Below are positions 12,046-23,412 of a DNA stretch of 64,000 nucleotides, piece after piece. The notes under the pieces are model-generated. The model did not search any database, was not told where the DNA came from, and saw only the letters and a program-made list of their open reading frames with translations. Within the stretch, counting starts at the first letter, position 1; each line of letters begins with the position of its first letter. The position numbers and the translations under genes were made by a program. The stretch lies in contig OY764159.1 of NCBI GenBank assembly GCA_963668175.1, positions 2,496,001-2,560,000 on the forward strand, in the 5' to 3' direction. This DNA is from Syntrophales bacterium. GTDB lineage: Bacteria > Desulfobacterota > Syntrophia > Syntrophales > PHBD01.

Positions 12046-13002
12046 ATGCCGCTGAAAATGGACCCGGCAGAAGGTAAGGGACGGCCCGCGGGAGCCGCGG
12101 GCGTCTGGTTCCGGGTTTTCCGCCTCCATTATGTGCCCACCAGTATCTTTCCGGCCGTCCTGGGCAGCATCGTCGCCTGGGCAAGCTTTCATAAATTCGA
12201 CGCCTGGACTTTCTTCCTAGTGATCGTCGGCGTAACCGTCCATCACGTCGGTCTCAACATGATCGACGACGTCTTCGATTTTCTCCATGCCGTCGACCGT
12301 ACCCACGGCGGGGACAAGAATCCCTACACGGGAGGGAGCGGCATCCTCACGGGCGGGCTGCTTCCCGTTTACCGGGTCCTGTCGGCGTCGATCTTCTGCT
12401 ATATCGTCGCCGTCGGCATAGCCATGTACCTGACCGTCGCCGTCGGGTGGCCGGTCCTCGCCTTCACCGCCTTCGGCGTCTTATCGTCCATCTTCTACAC
12501 GACGCCCCCGATCCGCTACGGCTACCGGGGGTTCGGCGAGCTTTCGCTCCTGGTCAACTTCGGACCCGTCATCAGCCTCGGGGCCTTCTACGTCCAGACG
12601 GGGACGATCGCGTGGGAGCCCTTCGTCGTGTCCCTCGTCCCCGGGTTCCTCATGTGGTCCATGATCGTCATCAACGAGATACCCGATTACGAGGAGGACC
12701 GGGAAGCGGGAAAACTGAACCTCGTCGCCCGCCACGGCCGGAAATCGGGCGTCGTCCTGTATGTCGCCGGACTTGTCTGCGCCTACGCCGTCATGATCCT
12801 GTCCGTCGCTTTCGCCTGGACGCCGTCGGGCGTTCTCCTGGGACTGCTCACCGTCCCCGCCGCCTGGAACGCTTACCGCATCCTGGAACGGAATTACATG
12901 GACAGGATGGAAATGGCCCCGGCGAACCTCGCCACCATCAGGGTCCACGCCCTGACGCTGATCTTCCTCATCGCGGGCTACGCCGCCGCAGGCTACCGGT
13001 GA
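12046..13002 (+). CDS. menA: UbiA/MenA-family prenyltransferase (DHNA octaprenyltransferase-like)
   Basis: Polytopic membrane protein with NMIDDVFDFLHAVD, YTTPPIRYGYRGFGE and NEIPDYEEDREAGK motifs. Confidence 0.8.
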   Translation: MPLKMDPAEGKGRPAGAAGVWFRVFRLHYVPTSIFPAVLGSIVAWASFHKFDAWTFFLVIVGVTVHHVGLNMIDDVFDFLHAVDRTHGGDKNPYTGGSGILTGGLLPVYRVLSASIFCYIVAVGIAMYLTVAVGWPVLAFTAFGVLSSIFYTTPPIRYGYRGFGELSLLVNFGPVISLGAFYVQTGTIAWEPFVVSLVPGFLMWSMIVINEIPDYEEDREAGKLNLVARHGRKSGVVLYVAGLVCAYAVMILSVAFAWTPSGVLLGLLTVPAAWNAYRILERNYMDRMEMAPANLATIRVHALTLIFLIAGYAAAGYR

Positions 13003-13647
13003 GGCCGTCCCAATACCATCGTTTCATCATATAACCGCCTTCTTTCCGCTTGAGGCACTGCCTCGCGGCAGCGACCCGATTTAGAGAGACTTGCATATTT
13101 CCCGTCAAGTATTTCATCTCCCAATATGCGCCCGCGTTCTATCTTTCGACGTTTCCGGCAAGGAGAGCTATGCCCGGGACCATAACACCGACAGGAATCA
13201 TCGTCCGTTTCATAATCCCCCCACAGGACCCGGGAGTTAAGAATGTATATATCCAAAAAGAACAAGATAGCGAATGTCGATGAACATATAGAATAGAAGC
13301 TGTTTCCTATCATGACATTCCATATAGACGATCCGGGTGGATTGGAAACGAATGGCCGGAAATGCGGCAAGGGACCGTGCCCCGCCGAACCGGACCGGCA
13401 CGCCGGAATCTCCACAATCATGACTCTTTCCTTCATCCTTCGGTTGATGAATTTTTTGAAATGTGAGAGATTACGGCGGATAGGGTTGACGCATGGCAGT
13501 GCCTCGCGATCGTCGTCGGGAGGGGGAACACGCGTCGACCCACGGTACGGGAACCCGTCTCCTCCTCTGTTTATTCAAGTTGCTGCTCGGTCATTTCCTG
13601 GAAAACCGTCGAAAATCTCCATTTAACATCTGAACGATAGGAAGATC

Positions 13648-16203
13648 ATGATCGATATCTTTCACTCCCCCGTCTTTGAAGACGAGGACAAGACGCTCAA
13701 TGCCAGGCTCCTCTTCACGATCACCTGGACTTTCATGCTCACGGGATGGCTCACGGTGTTCATCGCGGTCTTCATACCGGAAACGACGGGCCGCTGGCTT
13801 CTGCTCATCGCTTTTATCGAGCTTATGGGACTCGTACTGCTTGCGCTGAACGCGAACGGATACACACGCGCGGTAACGAATCTCATGATCGGCGCCATCT
13901 GGCTGGCGGCGACCGCCATGGCCCTCACGGGCGGCGGCACCCGTTCCAATGCGATGGCCATCTATCTCGTCGCCGTCGTCATTGCGGGTCTCGTGCAGAG
14001 CGGCAGGGCGGGCGCCGCGACGGCCGCTTTCTGCAGCCTCACGGGGCTGGCGCTCGTGTATCTCGAATACGAGGGCCTTCTGCCGAAAAGCCGGATCGCG
14101 CATAACCCCCTGACGCTCTGGATCGCGTACACGTCGTATATGGCGATTATCATCGTCCTGCAATACCTGGTCAGCGGCACGATCAGAAACGCCCTGAAGC
14201 AGTCGCGGCGGGAACTGAGAAGCCGGCAGCATGCCGATGCGGCCCTGCGCGAAAGCGAGGAGCGTTTCCGCTCTTACGTGGAAAATGTCAACGACATCGT
14301 CTACACGCTTTCGCTGGAAGGCATGTTCGCCTATGTTTCGCCGATATGGACGGAAAAACTCGGCCACGATGTCTCCGAGGTCGAAGGCCGTTCGTATGAG
14401 GCGTTCGTGCATCCCGAGGATGCACACTTGTGCCGCGCGTTTGTCGAGCGGACCGCAACGACGGGAAGGAAGCAGGCCGGTGTCGAATACCGGGTGCGAC
14501 ACAAGAACGGCGAGTGGCTGTGGCATACGTCGAATATTTCGCCCCTGCGCGACGCCGACGGTACGAAGATCTCCAGCCTCCTGGGGGTCGCCCGCGACAT
14601 CACGGAGCGCAAGCGCGCCGAGGAGGCCCTCCGGGAGAGCGAGGACCGCTTCCGCGGCATGATCGAACAGTCGCCCCTTTCCACCCAAGTCCTGTCGCCC
14701 GCGGGCGAGGTCATCCATGTGAACGAGGCCTTCGTGAAACTTTGGGGCATCACGGCGGAAGACATGAAAGGCTACAGTATCCTTCGCGACAGGCAGCTTG
14801 AAGACGCCGGAGTCACGCCGATCCTGCGAAAGGCGTTCGCGGGGGAGCAGGCAATGACGCATATCGTCGAGTACGACGCGAGTAGCACGCTCGGAAAGGG
14901 CAAGCGGGTTTTCGCGCAGGGCGTCTTCTATCCCGTCCTGGATGCCGGCGGCGCCCTCCGCTACGTTATCCTCGTCCACCTGGACTTCACCGCGCGCGCA
15001 CGGGCCGACGAAGAAAGGAAGAAGCTCCAGGAGCAGCTCCAGCAGGCCCAGAGAATGGAAGCCATCGGGACACTGGCAGGCGGCATCGCCCACGATTTCA
15101 ACAATATTCTGACGGGCATCATCGGCTACACGGATCTGTACATCAACGAGGTGCGCGACCGGCCGGAAGTCCACCACGGCATGAAGCAGGTCTTGCAGGC
15201 CGGCAATCGCGCCAAGGACCTGATTACGCAGATCCTGACCTTCAGCCGCATGACCAACAAGGAAAAGATACCCATCAAGCTTGAACCCGTCGTCAACGAG
15301 ATCGTTAAATTCATGCGGGCGTCGCTGCCGACGACCATCGAAATCCGGAAAGACGTCGGAGCCGTTTCCGGCGCCGTCATGGCCGATCCCACTCAGATGC
15401 ACCAGGTGCTGATGAACCTGTGCACCAACGCCGGGTTCGCCATGAAGGATACGGGCGGCCTCCTGACGATCGTTCTGCGGGAATCGACGGTGACCCCGGA
15501 GGACCTCGACCGCCATCCGGCCCTGAAACCCGGACGCTATCTTCAGGTGACTGTTCGGGACACGGGCTGCGGCATTTCCGAAGAAAACCTGGGGAGGATA
15601 TTCGACCCCTATTTCACGACCAAGGAGAAAGGCGAAGGAACGGGGCTGGGGCTGGCCGTCGTGCACGGGATCGTCAAGGACCACGGCGGGGAGATCGACG
15701 TGGAAAGCAAACCGGGACAGGGGACCGTTTTCAGGATTTATCTGCCGTTGATGGAAGCGAAGGCGGTCGACGAGAAAAAGACCGCCGACGTCATGCCGAT
15801 GGGAAAAGGCGAAAGGATCCTTTTTGTGGACGACGAGAAGATCGCCGTCCAATTGAGCAGGGAGATGTTCGAAAAGCTCAACTACCGCGTAACGGCAACG
15901 GGGGATCCCGTGCAGGCCCTCGAACTGTTCAGGAAGGAAAGCGGCGCATTCGACCTGGTAATTACGGACAAGACCATGCCGCATATGACCGGTTTCGATC
16001 TTACGCGGGCCGTCCGGGACATCCGGGCCGACATCCCCGTTCTCATCTGTTCCGGATTCCAGGAACAGGGGGACCAGGAAAAGCTCTCCGCATTGGGTAT
16101 CGGCCGGATGCTGATGAAGCCGATCCCCATGAAAGTGCTCGCCGGGGCCGTCCGCGACATCCTGGACGGAAACGGGGAGACGCCGGAGACCATTTCGATA
16201 TAA
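13648..16203 (+). CDS. Membrane-bound PAS hybrid histidine kinase
   Basis: N-terminal TM helices, two PAS domains, [11 protein letters not shown], HATPase and C-terminal REC. Confidence 0.95.
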   Translation: MIDIFHSPVFEDEDKTLNARLLFTITWTFMLTGWLTVFIAVFIPETTGRWLLLIAFIELMGLVLLALNANGYTRAVTNLMIGAIWLAATAMALTGGGTRSNAMAIYLVAVVIAGLVQSGRAGAATAAFCSLTGLALVYLEYEGLLPKSRIAHNPLTLWIAYTSYMAIIIVLQYLVSGTIRNALKQSRRELRSRQHADAALRESEERFRSYVENVNDIVYTLSLEGMFAYVSPIWTEKLGHDVSEVEGRSYEAFVHPEDAHLCRAFVERTATTGRKQAGVEYRVRHKNGEWLWHTSNISPLRDADGTKISSLLGVARDITERKRAEEALRESEDRFRGMIEQSPLSTQVLSPAGEVIHVNEAFVKLWGITAEDMKGYSILRDRQLEDAGVTPILRKAFAGEQAMTHIVEYDASSTLGKGKRVFAQGVFYPVLDAGGALRYVILVHLDFTARARADEERKKLQEQLQQAQRMEAIGTLAGGIAHDFNNILTGIIGYTDLYINEVRDRPEVHHGMKQVLQAGNRAKDLITQILTFSRMTNKEKIPIKLEPVVNEIVKFMRASLPTTIEIRKDVGAVSGAVMADPTQMHQVLMNLCTNAGFAMKDTGGLLTIVLRESTVTPEDLDRHPALKPGRYLQVTVRDTGCGISEENLGRIFDPYFTTKEKGEGTGLGLAVVHGIVKDHGGEIDVESKPGQGTVFRIYLPLMEAKAVDEKKTADVMPMGKGERILFVDDEKIAVQLSREMFEKLNYRVTATGDPVQALELFRKESGAFDLVITDKTMPHMTGFDLTRAVRDIRADIPVLICSGFQEQGDQEKLSALGIGRMLMKPIPMKVLAGAVRDILDGNGETPETISI

Positions 16204-16423
16204 AACTCCGGGGCGGCGGCCTCCGGATTGTGCCGGCAAGGGTAACACCGGGCAATCCGATTGCGTCTTCGGTCCCCGTCATCCGCCATGCCTGTGCCGC
16301 ATTTAAGAAAATAATCACGCACCTGTCGATATGACGGCTTCCAATCGTACACGAAAGAAATAGCGGCGCATTCACTAGGAACCGTAACTTATCATTCAAA
16401 ACCGGAAATCGGGGAGGAAGATT

Positions 16424-17050
16424 ATGGAACCGACGATTTGGGTAGAAGCGGTCGGCAAGCTGGCGCCCACAGGTATTGCCGGAATCAGTATCTTCTATGT
16501 ATACCTTCAATACAGGCGCAGTCAAAAATGGAGAGCGTCCGATCTGGCTCAGACTCTCCTGCAGAAACTGGATTCGGACCAATCCCTCAACCTGGCGTGT
16601 CAGGCCCTCGATTGGGGAGTCGGCCCGCTTATCCTTCCGGATCGATACCGTCCGCTTTTTCCTTATGAGAAAGAGGGCGCAATGACGGCGATCATGGCGC
16701 ACGATCCGGAAGTTTTGTGTGAGGCGGTTAAACCTCGGCTGAATGAGTCGACACTGCGTGATCCCCGGGGTCTTGTCTACCGATACTGTTTCATCAAGCT
16801 GTTTGATTTTTTCGATAAGATGTACAGATTGGTAATGACGCGCCAATTATCGCTGGAGGATATAGGCGATGCAAGATACTGGCTGTTGCAGATTCGGGAT
16901 TACGCATATGCTCCGCACACGCGAGAAGGGCGCTCCGTATTTCAGCCGGCCCTGCATCGATGGGATTTCAGGAACGTCATCCTGTTGGGGGAAATGCTCG
17001 ATGTGAAGGATTGGAGCCGAGGCGAAGAATGGACGGATAAGAACGGCTGA
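16424..17050 (+). CDS. Hypothetical protein (N-terminal TM helix, AT-richer)
   Basis: 208-aa ORF with GGAGG RBS; composition differs from the flanks; no family recognised. Confidence 0.7.
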   Translation: MEPTIWVEAVGKLAPTGIAGISIFYVYLQYRRSQKWRASDLAQTLLQKLDSDQSLNLACQALDWGVGPLILPDRYRPLFPYEKEGAMTAIMAHDPEVLCEAVKPRLNESTLRDPRGLVYRYCFIKLFDFFDKMYRLVMTRQLSLEDIGDARYWLLQIRDYAYAPHTREGRSVFQPALHRWDFRNVILLGEMLDVKDWSRGEEWTDKNG

Positions 17051-17204
17051 GACGGCGGAGCAATGCCGCCGGACAACACATAACCGCTGATCGCCGTTTC
17101 GCCGGGGATTTCATGAGAATCTTTCCAGCAGACGGCATCGATGCGGATTCGCGGGTGACGCAGTAAGATAAACGGCTTCCGACGTCATTTTATACCCGGG
17201 TTCT

Positions 17205-17699
17205 CTACGGGAGACGGTTGCCTCCGTCGACGGCGTCCTCGATCTTCAGGGCGTATTCCTTCATCCGGGCCTCGGCGTCGTCCATGCCGTGGCAGACGGC
17301 AGTCAATGCCAGGATGCGCCGGTAAGAGGGGATGTCGATCAGCTCGACCGTTATGCCCAGGTTGAAGCCGACCTGGTTCACCGTCCCGTACACGACATAA
17401 TCGGCGCCCGTATGCCTGCCCGCGAAGTAAATATCGCCTAGGGAGAGGTCCGCGCGCTCCTTGCCCCGAAGGGCGCCCTGCGCGTCCGGGCCGAGAAGCC
17501 TGATCCGGCCGTCCTCGGCCAGCGGTTCCCGGAATATGCGGAGAACGGTCCGTTCGATGTCGCTTCTATTCTCCACGTCGTGGACGGTGAACGGCAGCAC
17601 CAGGACGGTCTTGACACCGCCCGTGCCGGCCGCCGGGGCATCCGCCCAGGCGGGCAGCAAAATCAGAATCGCCGTCAGGAAACAGGCCGCGGTCTTCAT
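17205..17699 (-). CDS. Exported TolB-N/CsgG/FlgO-like protein
   Basis: Signal peptide MKTAACFLTAILILLPAWA; VLVLPF and GADYVVYGTV motifs. Confidence 0.65.
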   Translation of the reverse strand: MKTAACFLTAILILLPAWADAPAAGTGGVKTVLVLPFTVHDVENRSDIERTVLRIFREPLAEDGRIRLLGPDAQGALRGKERADLSLGDIYFAGRHTGADYVVYGTVNQVGFNLGITVELIDIPSYRRILALTAVCHGMDDAEARMKEYALKIEDAVDGGNRLP

Positions 17700-18017
17700 G
17701 CGCTCTCTCCTTCGGAGAAAAATACTCATCGTGTAAAAAGCTACACCCGAAAGAGGAGAGAATGCAACCGTAGTTTCTTGGGAGGAAAAAGGGGCTGCGG
17801 CGAAGGCCCGCATATGCGTGACCCCTGCGGAACAGGGAAACCGCCGCCGCATGTCAAACCCTCCGGAAGCGGGACCGGTCCCTGCGGTCGGCAAGCCTTC
17901 CGTTAAATATGGAATCCCGGTTTTGAATATGATAAATCGCCGGAGGGCGGCTCGACCGCATTGTCCAGCCGATCTCGCGACGGTGTCAAGCTGCTTTTCT
18001 TTCTACAAGGAGGTTTT

Positions 18018-18452
18018 ATGGACGAGCAATTCGAACAGGTAACGGTCAATTTGATAAATCGGAAGGTTCAGTTCATCGGCGTATCAAGGTCTAATCCGGA
18101 GCGTCCCGTTACATTCGATTATAAAGCCCCTCTCGGGGATGGCCAGGGTTACAACGGTCTTGAACTGCTGCTGATGAGTTTTGCCGGATGCAGCGGAACG
18201 GCGATCCTGTATCTGCTGAGAAAAATGGGCAAGGACGTATCCGGCATGCAAGTCAATGCCAAGGGTCTGAGACGCGACCAGCCTCCCATCAAATTTGAAA
18301 AAATATTTCTCGAATTCGTTTTGACCTCGGCCGATACGCGAGATGCGGATATACAAAAAGCGATTCGTCTTGCCGAAGAATCCGTGTGCCCCGTATGGCA
18401 GATGATCAAGAATAACGTTTCGGTCACGACCGAATACAGGATTAACGCCTGA
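18018..18452 (+). CDS. OsmC family protein
   Basis: ELLLMSFAGCSG and ESVCPV two-Cys pattern; AAGGAGG RBS before ATG 18018. Confidence 0.9.
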   Translation: MDEQFEQVTVNLINRKVQFIGVSRSNPERPVTFDYKAPLGDGQGYNGLELLLMSFAGCSGTAILYLLRKMGKDVSGMQVNAKGLRRDQPPIKFEKIFLEFVLTSADTRDADIQKAIRLAEESVCPVWQMIKNNVSVTTEYRINA

Positions 18453-18664
18453 CGCGGCAGACAACGGCTTGTCCCGCCTGCGGCCGTAAGATGTGGAAGT
18501 TAACAGCCGCGGCCGATTTCGCGCCCTGTCCGCGGGATTTATGGTTTTCCAGCATTGAAAAACAGGGATAGCGTCGGCGCCCGGGCCGTTTGGCCCGGGC
18601 GCCGATTCTCTTTCGCATGCCGGACGGCCCGCCGGTCATGCCTGCGGAACCGCCGCCGGTATCA

Positions 18665-20602
18665 TTAAAAATCCTTGAAATCGCCTTCGTCGAAGGGAAT
18701 GACCTGTTCGGGTTTAGCCGCGCCGGCGCGCCCCTTTTTTTTCGCCGCCGGCCGCGCACCGGTTTCCGCGGCGGAAGGCGGAAGCGCCGGAAGCCTTCCC
18801 GCCGCAGCAGGCATGGAAAGCGCCGCATCGCCTGCGCGAACGGGCGCGTCGCCGCGGCCGCCGCCGATAACGCCGGCAAGGTCGCGGACCGCTTCCCGCA
18901 TGGCGACCGCCTGGGCGTTCATCTCTTCGGAGGCCGATGCGGATTCCTCGGCATTGGCCGCAGTCTCCTGGGTCACCTTGTCCATTTCCACGACGGCCCT
19001 GGCGACCTGCTCGATGCCCTGGACCTGTTCGTCGGATGCCGCCGCGATCTCGTCGATGAGGCTTCCCATCTTCATGGTGATGTCCATGTTGCGCCGGAAC
19101 GACTCCTTGGTGGCGTCCGTGAGGCGGGTGCCGTTCCTGACGTCGTCCATGGTGTTTTCGATCAGGGTGCTGGTGTTCTTGGCGGCTTCGGACGCCCTTA
19201 AGGCCAGGTTCCGGACTTCCTCGGCGACGACGGCGAACCCCGCCCCGGCCTCGCCGGCCCTTGCCGCTTCCACGGCGGCGTTAAGGGCGAGGAGATTCGT
19301 CTGGAAGGCGATCTCGTCGATGGTTTTCAGGATCTTCGCCGTCTCCTCGCTGGAGGAGGCGACGGCGGTCATGGCCTTCGCCAGGCTGTTCATGTGGCGG
19401 TCGACGTCCGTAACGATGTTCTCCGCCTCGTCCATCATGCTCTTCGCCTCGCGGGCGTTATCGGCGTTCCGGCGGGTCATGGAGGACATCTCCTCCATGG
19501 ACGAGGACATCTCCTCAAGCGACGACGCCTGTTCGGCTGCGCCCTCGGCCAGGTTCTGGCTGGCGGAAGCCACCTGCGTGGACGAGGAAGCCAGTTCGGC
19601 GGAAACGTTGTTGAGGCGGTCGGCGATGCGCCGGATCGGGCCGGAGATGCTCCGGGAAAAGAGGAGAACCAGCGGAACGGTCAGGGCCAGGAAGATAAGG
19701 CCCGTCAGGACAATGTAATTGCGCAGGGCGTGGGACTCCGCGAGCATCTCGTCGACGTTCTGGACGACGGCGATGCTCCAGCCGGTCGTCTCGACGGGGG
19801 CGTAACCGGCCATCTTCCTGAAGCCGCCGAAGGTGAAGACAGCGTATCCCGTCCTGAGGGACGTCATCTGAGTCCCGATTTCCTTCAGGCCGTCCTGCTG
19901 GTTGGTATTGACGGCCATGATCAGCTCCTTTTTCGGATGGGCGATGAAAAGGCCGGTCTTGTCGATCATCATCGCGTACCCCGTCTGTCCGATCCTGAGG
20001 GCGGTGACCCTGTCGGCGACGAAGCCCACCTTGATGACGAAGACCACGACGCCGGCGAAACCGCCCGGGCCGGACATGATGGGCGCGCAGACGATGGCCA
20101 CGGGAAGGCCCGTCACCCTCGATTTGACGATATCGCCGATCGAGGCCTTGCCGCCCCTGGCAATGCCGAAATACGCCCGCTGGCCGATGGGAAGGCCCTT
20201 GTAGCCGCCGCCGTTGCCGTCGGCATAGATGATGCCCTCCGCATCCGCGATGAAAATGGCCTCGTAATCGCCGCCCATCTTGGCCAGAAACGCGGTCAGC
20301 CTCTTGTCCAGGGTCGCCACGTCGGCGGCGGCAGCGGCCTTGCCGTTCTTCGCGACATTGGCGGCCGCCTCCACGATCTCATGATCGATGGACAGGTTCG
20401 CTGCAATCTTCAATTCTTCGTTGAGAAGCGACTTGACATTATCGGCGAGATGCTGCGCGGTGCTTACCATCTGGACCCTCGCCGCCTCTTCGAGGGCGTT
20501 CGACGATTTCACCGCCGAGATGACGCCGGCGACGATCAGAGGCACGGCGACAATGAGAATTCCACCACAAACCAACTTGAAACCCAACGTCCAGCTTTTC
20601 AT
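18665..20602 (-). CDS. Methyl-accepting chemotaxis protein (dCache sensor)
   Basis: TM-dCache-TM ([20 protein letters not shown]) and MCP signalling domain; C-terminal [11 protein letters not shown]. Confidence 0.95.
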   Translation of the reverse strand: MKSWTLGFKLVCGGILIVAVPLIVAGVISAVKSSNALEEAARVQMVSTAQHLADNVKSLLNEELKIAANLSIDHEIVEAAANVAKNGKAAAAADVATLDKRLTAFLAKMGGDYEAIFIADAEGIIYADGNGGGYKGLPIGQRAYFGIARGGKASIGDIVKSRVTGLPVAIVCAPIMSGPGGFAGVVVFVIKVGFVADRVTALRIGQTGYAMMIDKTGLFIAHPKKELIMAVNTNQQDGLKEIGTQMTSLRTGYAVFTFGGFRKMAGYAPVETTGWSIAVVQNVDEMLAESHALRNYIVLTGLIFLALTVPLVLLFSRSISGPIRRIADRLNNVSAELASSSTQVASASQNLAEGAAEQASSLEEMSSSMEEMSSMTRRNADNAREAKSMMDEAENIVTDVDRHMNSLAKAMTAVASSSEETAKILKTIDEIAFQTNLLALNAAVEAARAGEAGAGFAVVAEEVRNLALRASEAAKNTSTLIENTMDDVRNGTRLTDATKESFRRNMDITMKMGSLIDEIAAASDEQVQGIEQVARAVVEMDKVTQETAANAEESASASEEMNAQAVAMREAVRDLAGVIGGGRGDAPVRAGDAALSMPAAAGRLPALPPSAAETGARPAAKKKGRAGAAKPEQVIPFDEGDFKDF

Positions 20603-21009
20603 AGATTCCCCCCCCCAGAATGATTTGTAATCAGAATCGCGGGATTTGGCCCGACCGTTCAAACGGTCCTGTTTTTCAAGATAGAGACACGGGCATGGGC
20701 GCCCTTCCTTTCACCTCCTTACGTGATCCTCCATAGTCGTTGCATATCCGTTCCAGTCGCTGTAAAACCCGCAAATGCCGTCTGCCTTCCTGCGTTTTTC
20801 TCTCCGGAGGCACGCGGGCTATTCCCGCAATCGTACCGCCGCCGTTTTTAGAGGATTTCTCCCCGCTTGGCAAGACAAAATTGTTCGCGCAGCACCGTCC
20901 GGCGGGAAGGATTGCGGATAACATTCGGGAAATATCGCGAATGTGAGGCCGATGGAACGTGCGACAACTTTGTCGGCATTCTTAAAATTCCGGAGTTCCT
21001 GCCGGGAAA

Positions 21010-21258
21010 TCAAGCGCGGCCGCGGGGCTTCAACCGCATGAGGCTTTTCCTGCCGTGTCCGGCGGCGACGGTTTCCGACCGTGAAGGCGCGGGCGCGGCC
21101 CGGTCTTCGGTTAATAGTCTTATGCAGTAATCATGGAAAATCAGCAGAAAAGCGCTGTCGTTTTTCTCCATGGCTCTCCGGGCGTCGGCCGGTATCGATT
21201 CGCCGTACAGGGCAACACTATGTTTGCCGCGGAAAAACAGCTTTTGCAGAAAGTTCAT
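21010..21258 (-). CDS. Possible small hypothetical protein
   Basis: 82-aa ORF (MNFLQKLFF...) co-oriented between two MCP genes; weak RBS; no motif recognised. Confidence 0.3.
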   Translation of the reverse strand: MNFLQKLFFRGKHSVALYGESIPADARRAMEKNDSAFLLIFHDYCIRLLTEDRAAPAPSRSETVAAGHGRKSLMRLKPRGRA

Positions 21259-21392
21259 GATGATATGCCTTTTTCCGGCGCCGCAGGCGGTGCCGGGGAG
21301 AATGGGCGGCGCCGCCTGCGCATCGGCCCTCGCGGTTTAAGATGAGGAAAATGCGGGGAGCCTGTCGCTAAACGGGCCCCCCGCAGAATATT

Positions 21393-23324
21393 TTAAAAGT
21401 CTTTGAATTCGGAATCGCCGAGGGGGATGACGTGTTCCGGCCGGCCGGCCGCGGACCTCGGGGCATCCTTCGCCGGCCCCTTTCTGAATTTCGGCCTGAC
21501 GAGGGGCAGTCCGTGTCTTTCCAGCCGCGGCGATTCCGCCATCTCGGCGGAAACCGCCATGCGGCCGTTGCCGCTGCCGCCGATGACGGCGATCAGCTCC
21601 AGGACCACTTCCTTCATCGTAACCGACTGGGCGTTCATCTCTTCGGAAGCCGAGGCGGACTCTTCCGCATTCGCGGCGTTCTGCTGCACAACCTTGTCCA
21701 TCTCATGGACGGCCTTGGTGACCTGGCCGATGCCCTGAGCCTGCTCGTCCGACGCCGCGGCGATCTCGTTGATGAGACCCGCGACCTTGCCGGCGCTTTC
21801 GGCCACCTGCGAGAAATCGGTGTTGGTCCGTCCGACCAGTTCCGCGCCGGCCTTGATTTTCTTGATCGTTCCTTCGATCAGGCCCGAGGTGTTCCGCGCG
21901 GCGTCGGCCGCCCGTATCGCCAGGTTCCGGACCTCCTCGGCGACGACGGCGAATCCTGCTCCCGCCTCGCCGGCCCGGGCCGCCTCCACAGCGGCATTGA
22001 GGGCGAGGAGGTTCGTCTGGAAGGCGATCTCGTCGATGGTCTTGATGATCTTCGAGGTGTCTTCGCTGGCTTTCGTGATGTCGTCCATCGACACCGTCAG
22101 CTCCTGCATCGAGCTGTTGGCCCGCGTGACGACCGACTTCGTCTCTTCCATGAGCTTGTTGGCCGTATTGGCGTTGTCGGCGTTCTGCTTCGTCATGGAG
22201 GACATTTCCTCCAGGGACGACGATGTCTCCTCGATGGCCGCCGCCTGTTCGGATGCCCCTTCGGCGAGGCTCTGGCTGGCGGTTGCCACTTCGCTCGATG
22301 CCGCCGTGATCTGTTCGGCGCCGGCATTCAGCTTTTCCGAGGCCCTCTGGATGGGCACCGCGATGGCCCGGGCGGAGAAGAAAGCCGCCACAGCCGCCAG
22401 CAGGGCGAAGAGGACGATGCAGATCAGGGTGGTGTTCCGTATCGCAGTGACGGAATCGAGCATCTCGTCGATCGGGACGGCGGTGACGACGCTCCAGCCG
22501 TTCAGCTTGACGGGGGCGAAACCGGACACCTTGCGGATTCCTTTATAGACATACTGAGTGACTCCCGATTCTCCGGCGAGCGCCTTCTTCGTCAGATCCT
22601 CCAGGCCCTGCTCCTTGGCGATGTTGAGCTGGAGGGCCTGCTTGGCGTCGGGAAAGACGACGACGGTCCCTTCCTTGTTGACGATATAGGCGTAGCCCGT
22701 CTTGCTCAGTTTGACCTCGTTGATCTTCGCGGCCAGGAAGGATACATGGACGATGCCGGCGACGACGCCTATGACCTGGCCGTTTTCGTCCTTGATCGGA
22801 TGAGACAGGGTGGAGACCGGCGTGTTCGACTTCTTCGACATGTTGACCGTATCCAGGCTTGTCTGTCCCTGGAGGCCTTTCTTGAAGTAATCTCTGTCGG
22901 CCAGGTTGAAGCCCTTCGTTCCCCCTTTGATATTGTCGGCGATGACGATGCCGTCCCGGCCGATGACGACGATCGCCTCGTAGCGGCCTTCGGTGATGCC
23001 CTGGAGCCTGTTCATCTCGCGCTGCAGCAATTCCGCCTTCGAAGCGTCGCCCGCGTTTTTGTCCTTGACGGCCTGGATGACGGCCTCCCTCTGGGCCAGC
23101 ATGGCGACGGCGTTGGACTCGGAAGTCAAGACGCCGTCGACCATGTCCGCGATGCTCTTGGAGACCATCAGGGACTGATCGTAAGCCTCCTTTTCGATGG
23201 CTTGTTTGGCGAAATAGAAGGAAATCGCCCCCAGAATGATGATCGGCACGATCGCCATGAGGCATCCTCCCAGCACGAGCTTTGTCTTCAGCCCCCCCCC
23301 TCTGAACGATAAACCTTTAAGCAT
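21393..23324 (-). CDS. Methyl-accepting chemotaxis protein (dCache sensor)
   Basis: dCache ([15 protein letters not shown]) and MCP signalling domain; C-terminal [11 protein letters not shown]. Confidence 0.95.
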   Translation of the reverse strand: MLKGLSFRGGGLKTKLVLGGCLMAIVPIIILGAISFYFAKQAIEKEAYDQSLMVSKSIADMVDGVLTSESNAVAMLAQREAVIQAVKDKNAGDASKAELLQREMNRLQGITEGRYEAIVVIGRDGIVIADNIKGGTKGFNLADRDYFKKGLQGQTSLDTVNMSKKSNTPVSTLSHPIKDENGQVIGVVAGIVHVSFLAAKINEVKLSKTGYAYIVNKEGTVVVFPDAKQALQLNIAKEQGLEDLTKKALAGESGVTQYVYKGIRKVSGFAPVKLNGWSVVTAVPIDEMLDSVTAIRNTTLICIVLFALLAAVAAFFSARAIAVPIQRASEKLNAGAEQITAASSEVATASQSLAEGASEQAAAIEETSSSLEEMSSMTKQNADNANTANKLMEETKSVVTRANSSMQELTVSMDDITKASEDTSKIIKTIDEIAFQTNLLALNAAVEAARAGEAGAGFAVVAEEVRNLAIRAADAARNTSGLIEGTIKKIKAGAELVGRTNTDFSQVAESAGKVAGLINEIAAASDEQAQGIGQVTKAVHEMDKVVQQNAANAEESASASEEMNAQSVTMKEVVLELIAVIGGSGNGRMAVSAEMAESPRLERHGLPLVRPKFRKGPAKDAPRSAAGRPEHVIPLGDSEFKDF

Positions 23325-23412
23325 TTTACCCCTCCTGATCTAAAGTTGAACAACACTATTGCCGCCAGCCTCGGGAGTTCCTCACCTTCATCTCCGTCCG
23401 GCCGGTAATCCG

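Noticed and set aside
13003..13213. Short minus-strand ORF MKRTMIPVGVMVPGIALLAGNVER* with a good RBS (possible relic of an exported protein)
   Set aside because: Stops after 24 codons; no recognisable homology in the read-through.
9440..22300. Nucleotide repeats among three regions (about 9.4-10.1, 18.9-19.6 and 21.6-22.3 kb)
   Set aside because: Explained by the conserved MCP signalling domain of three paralogues.
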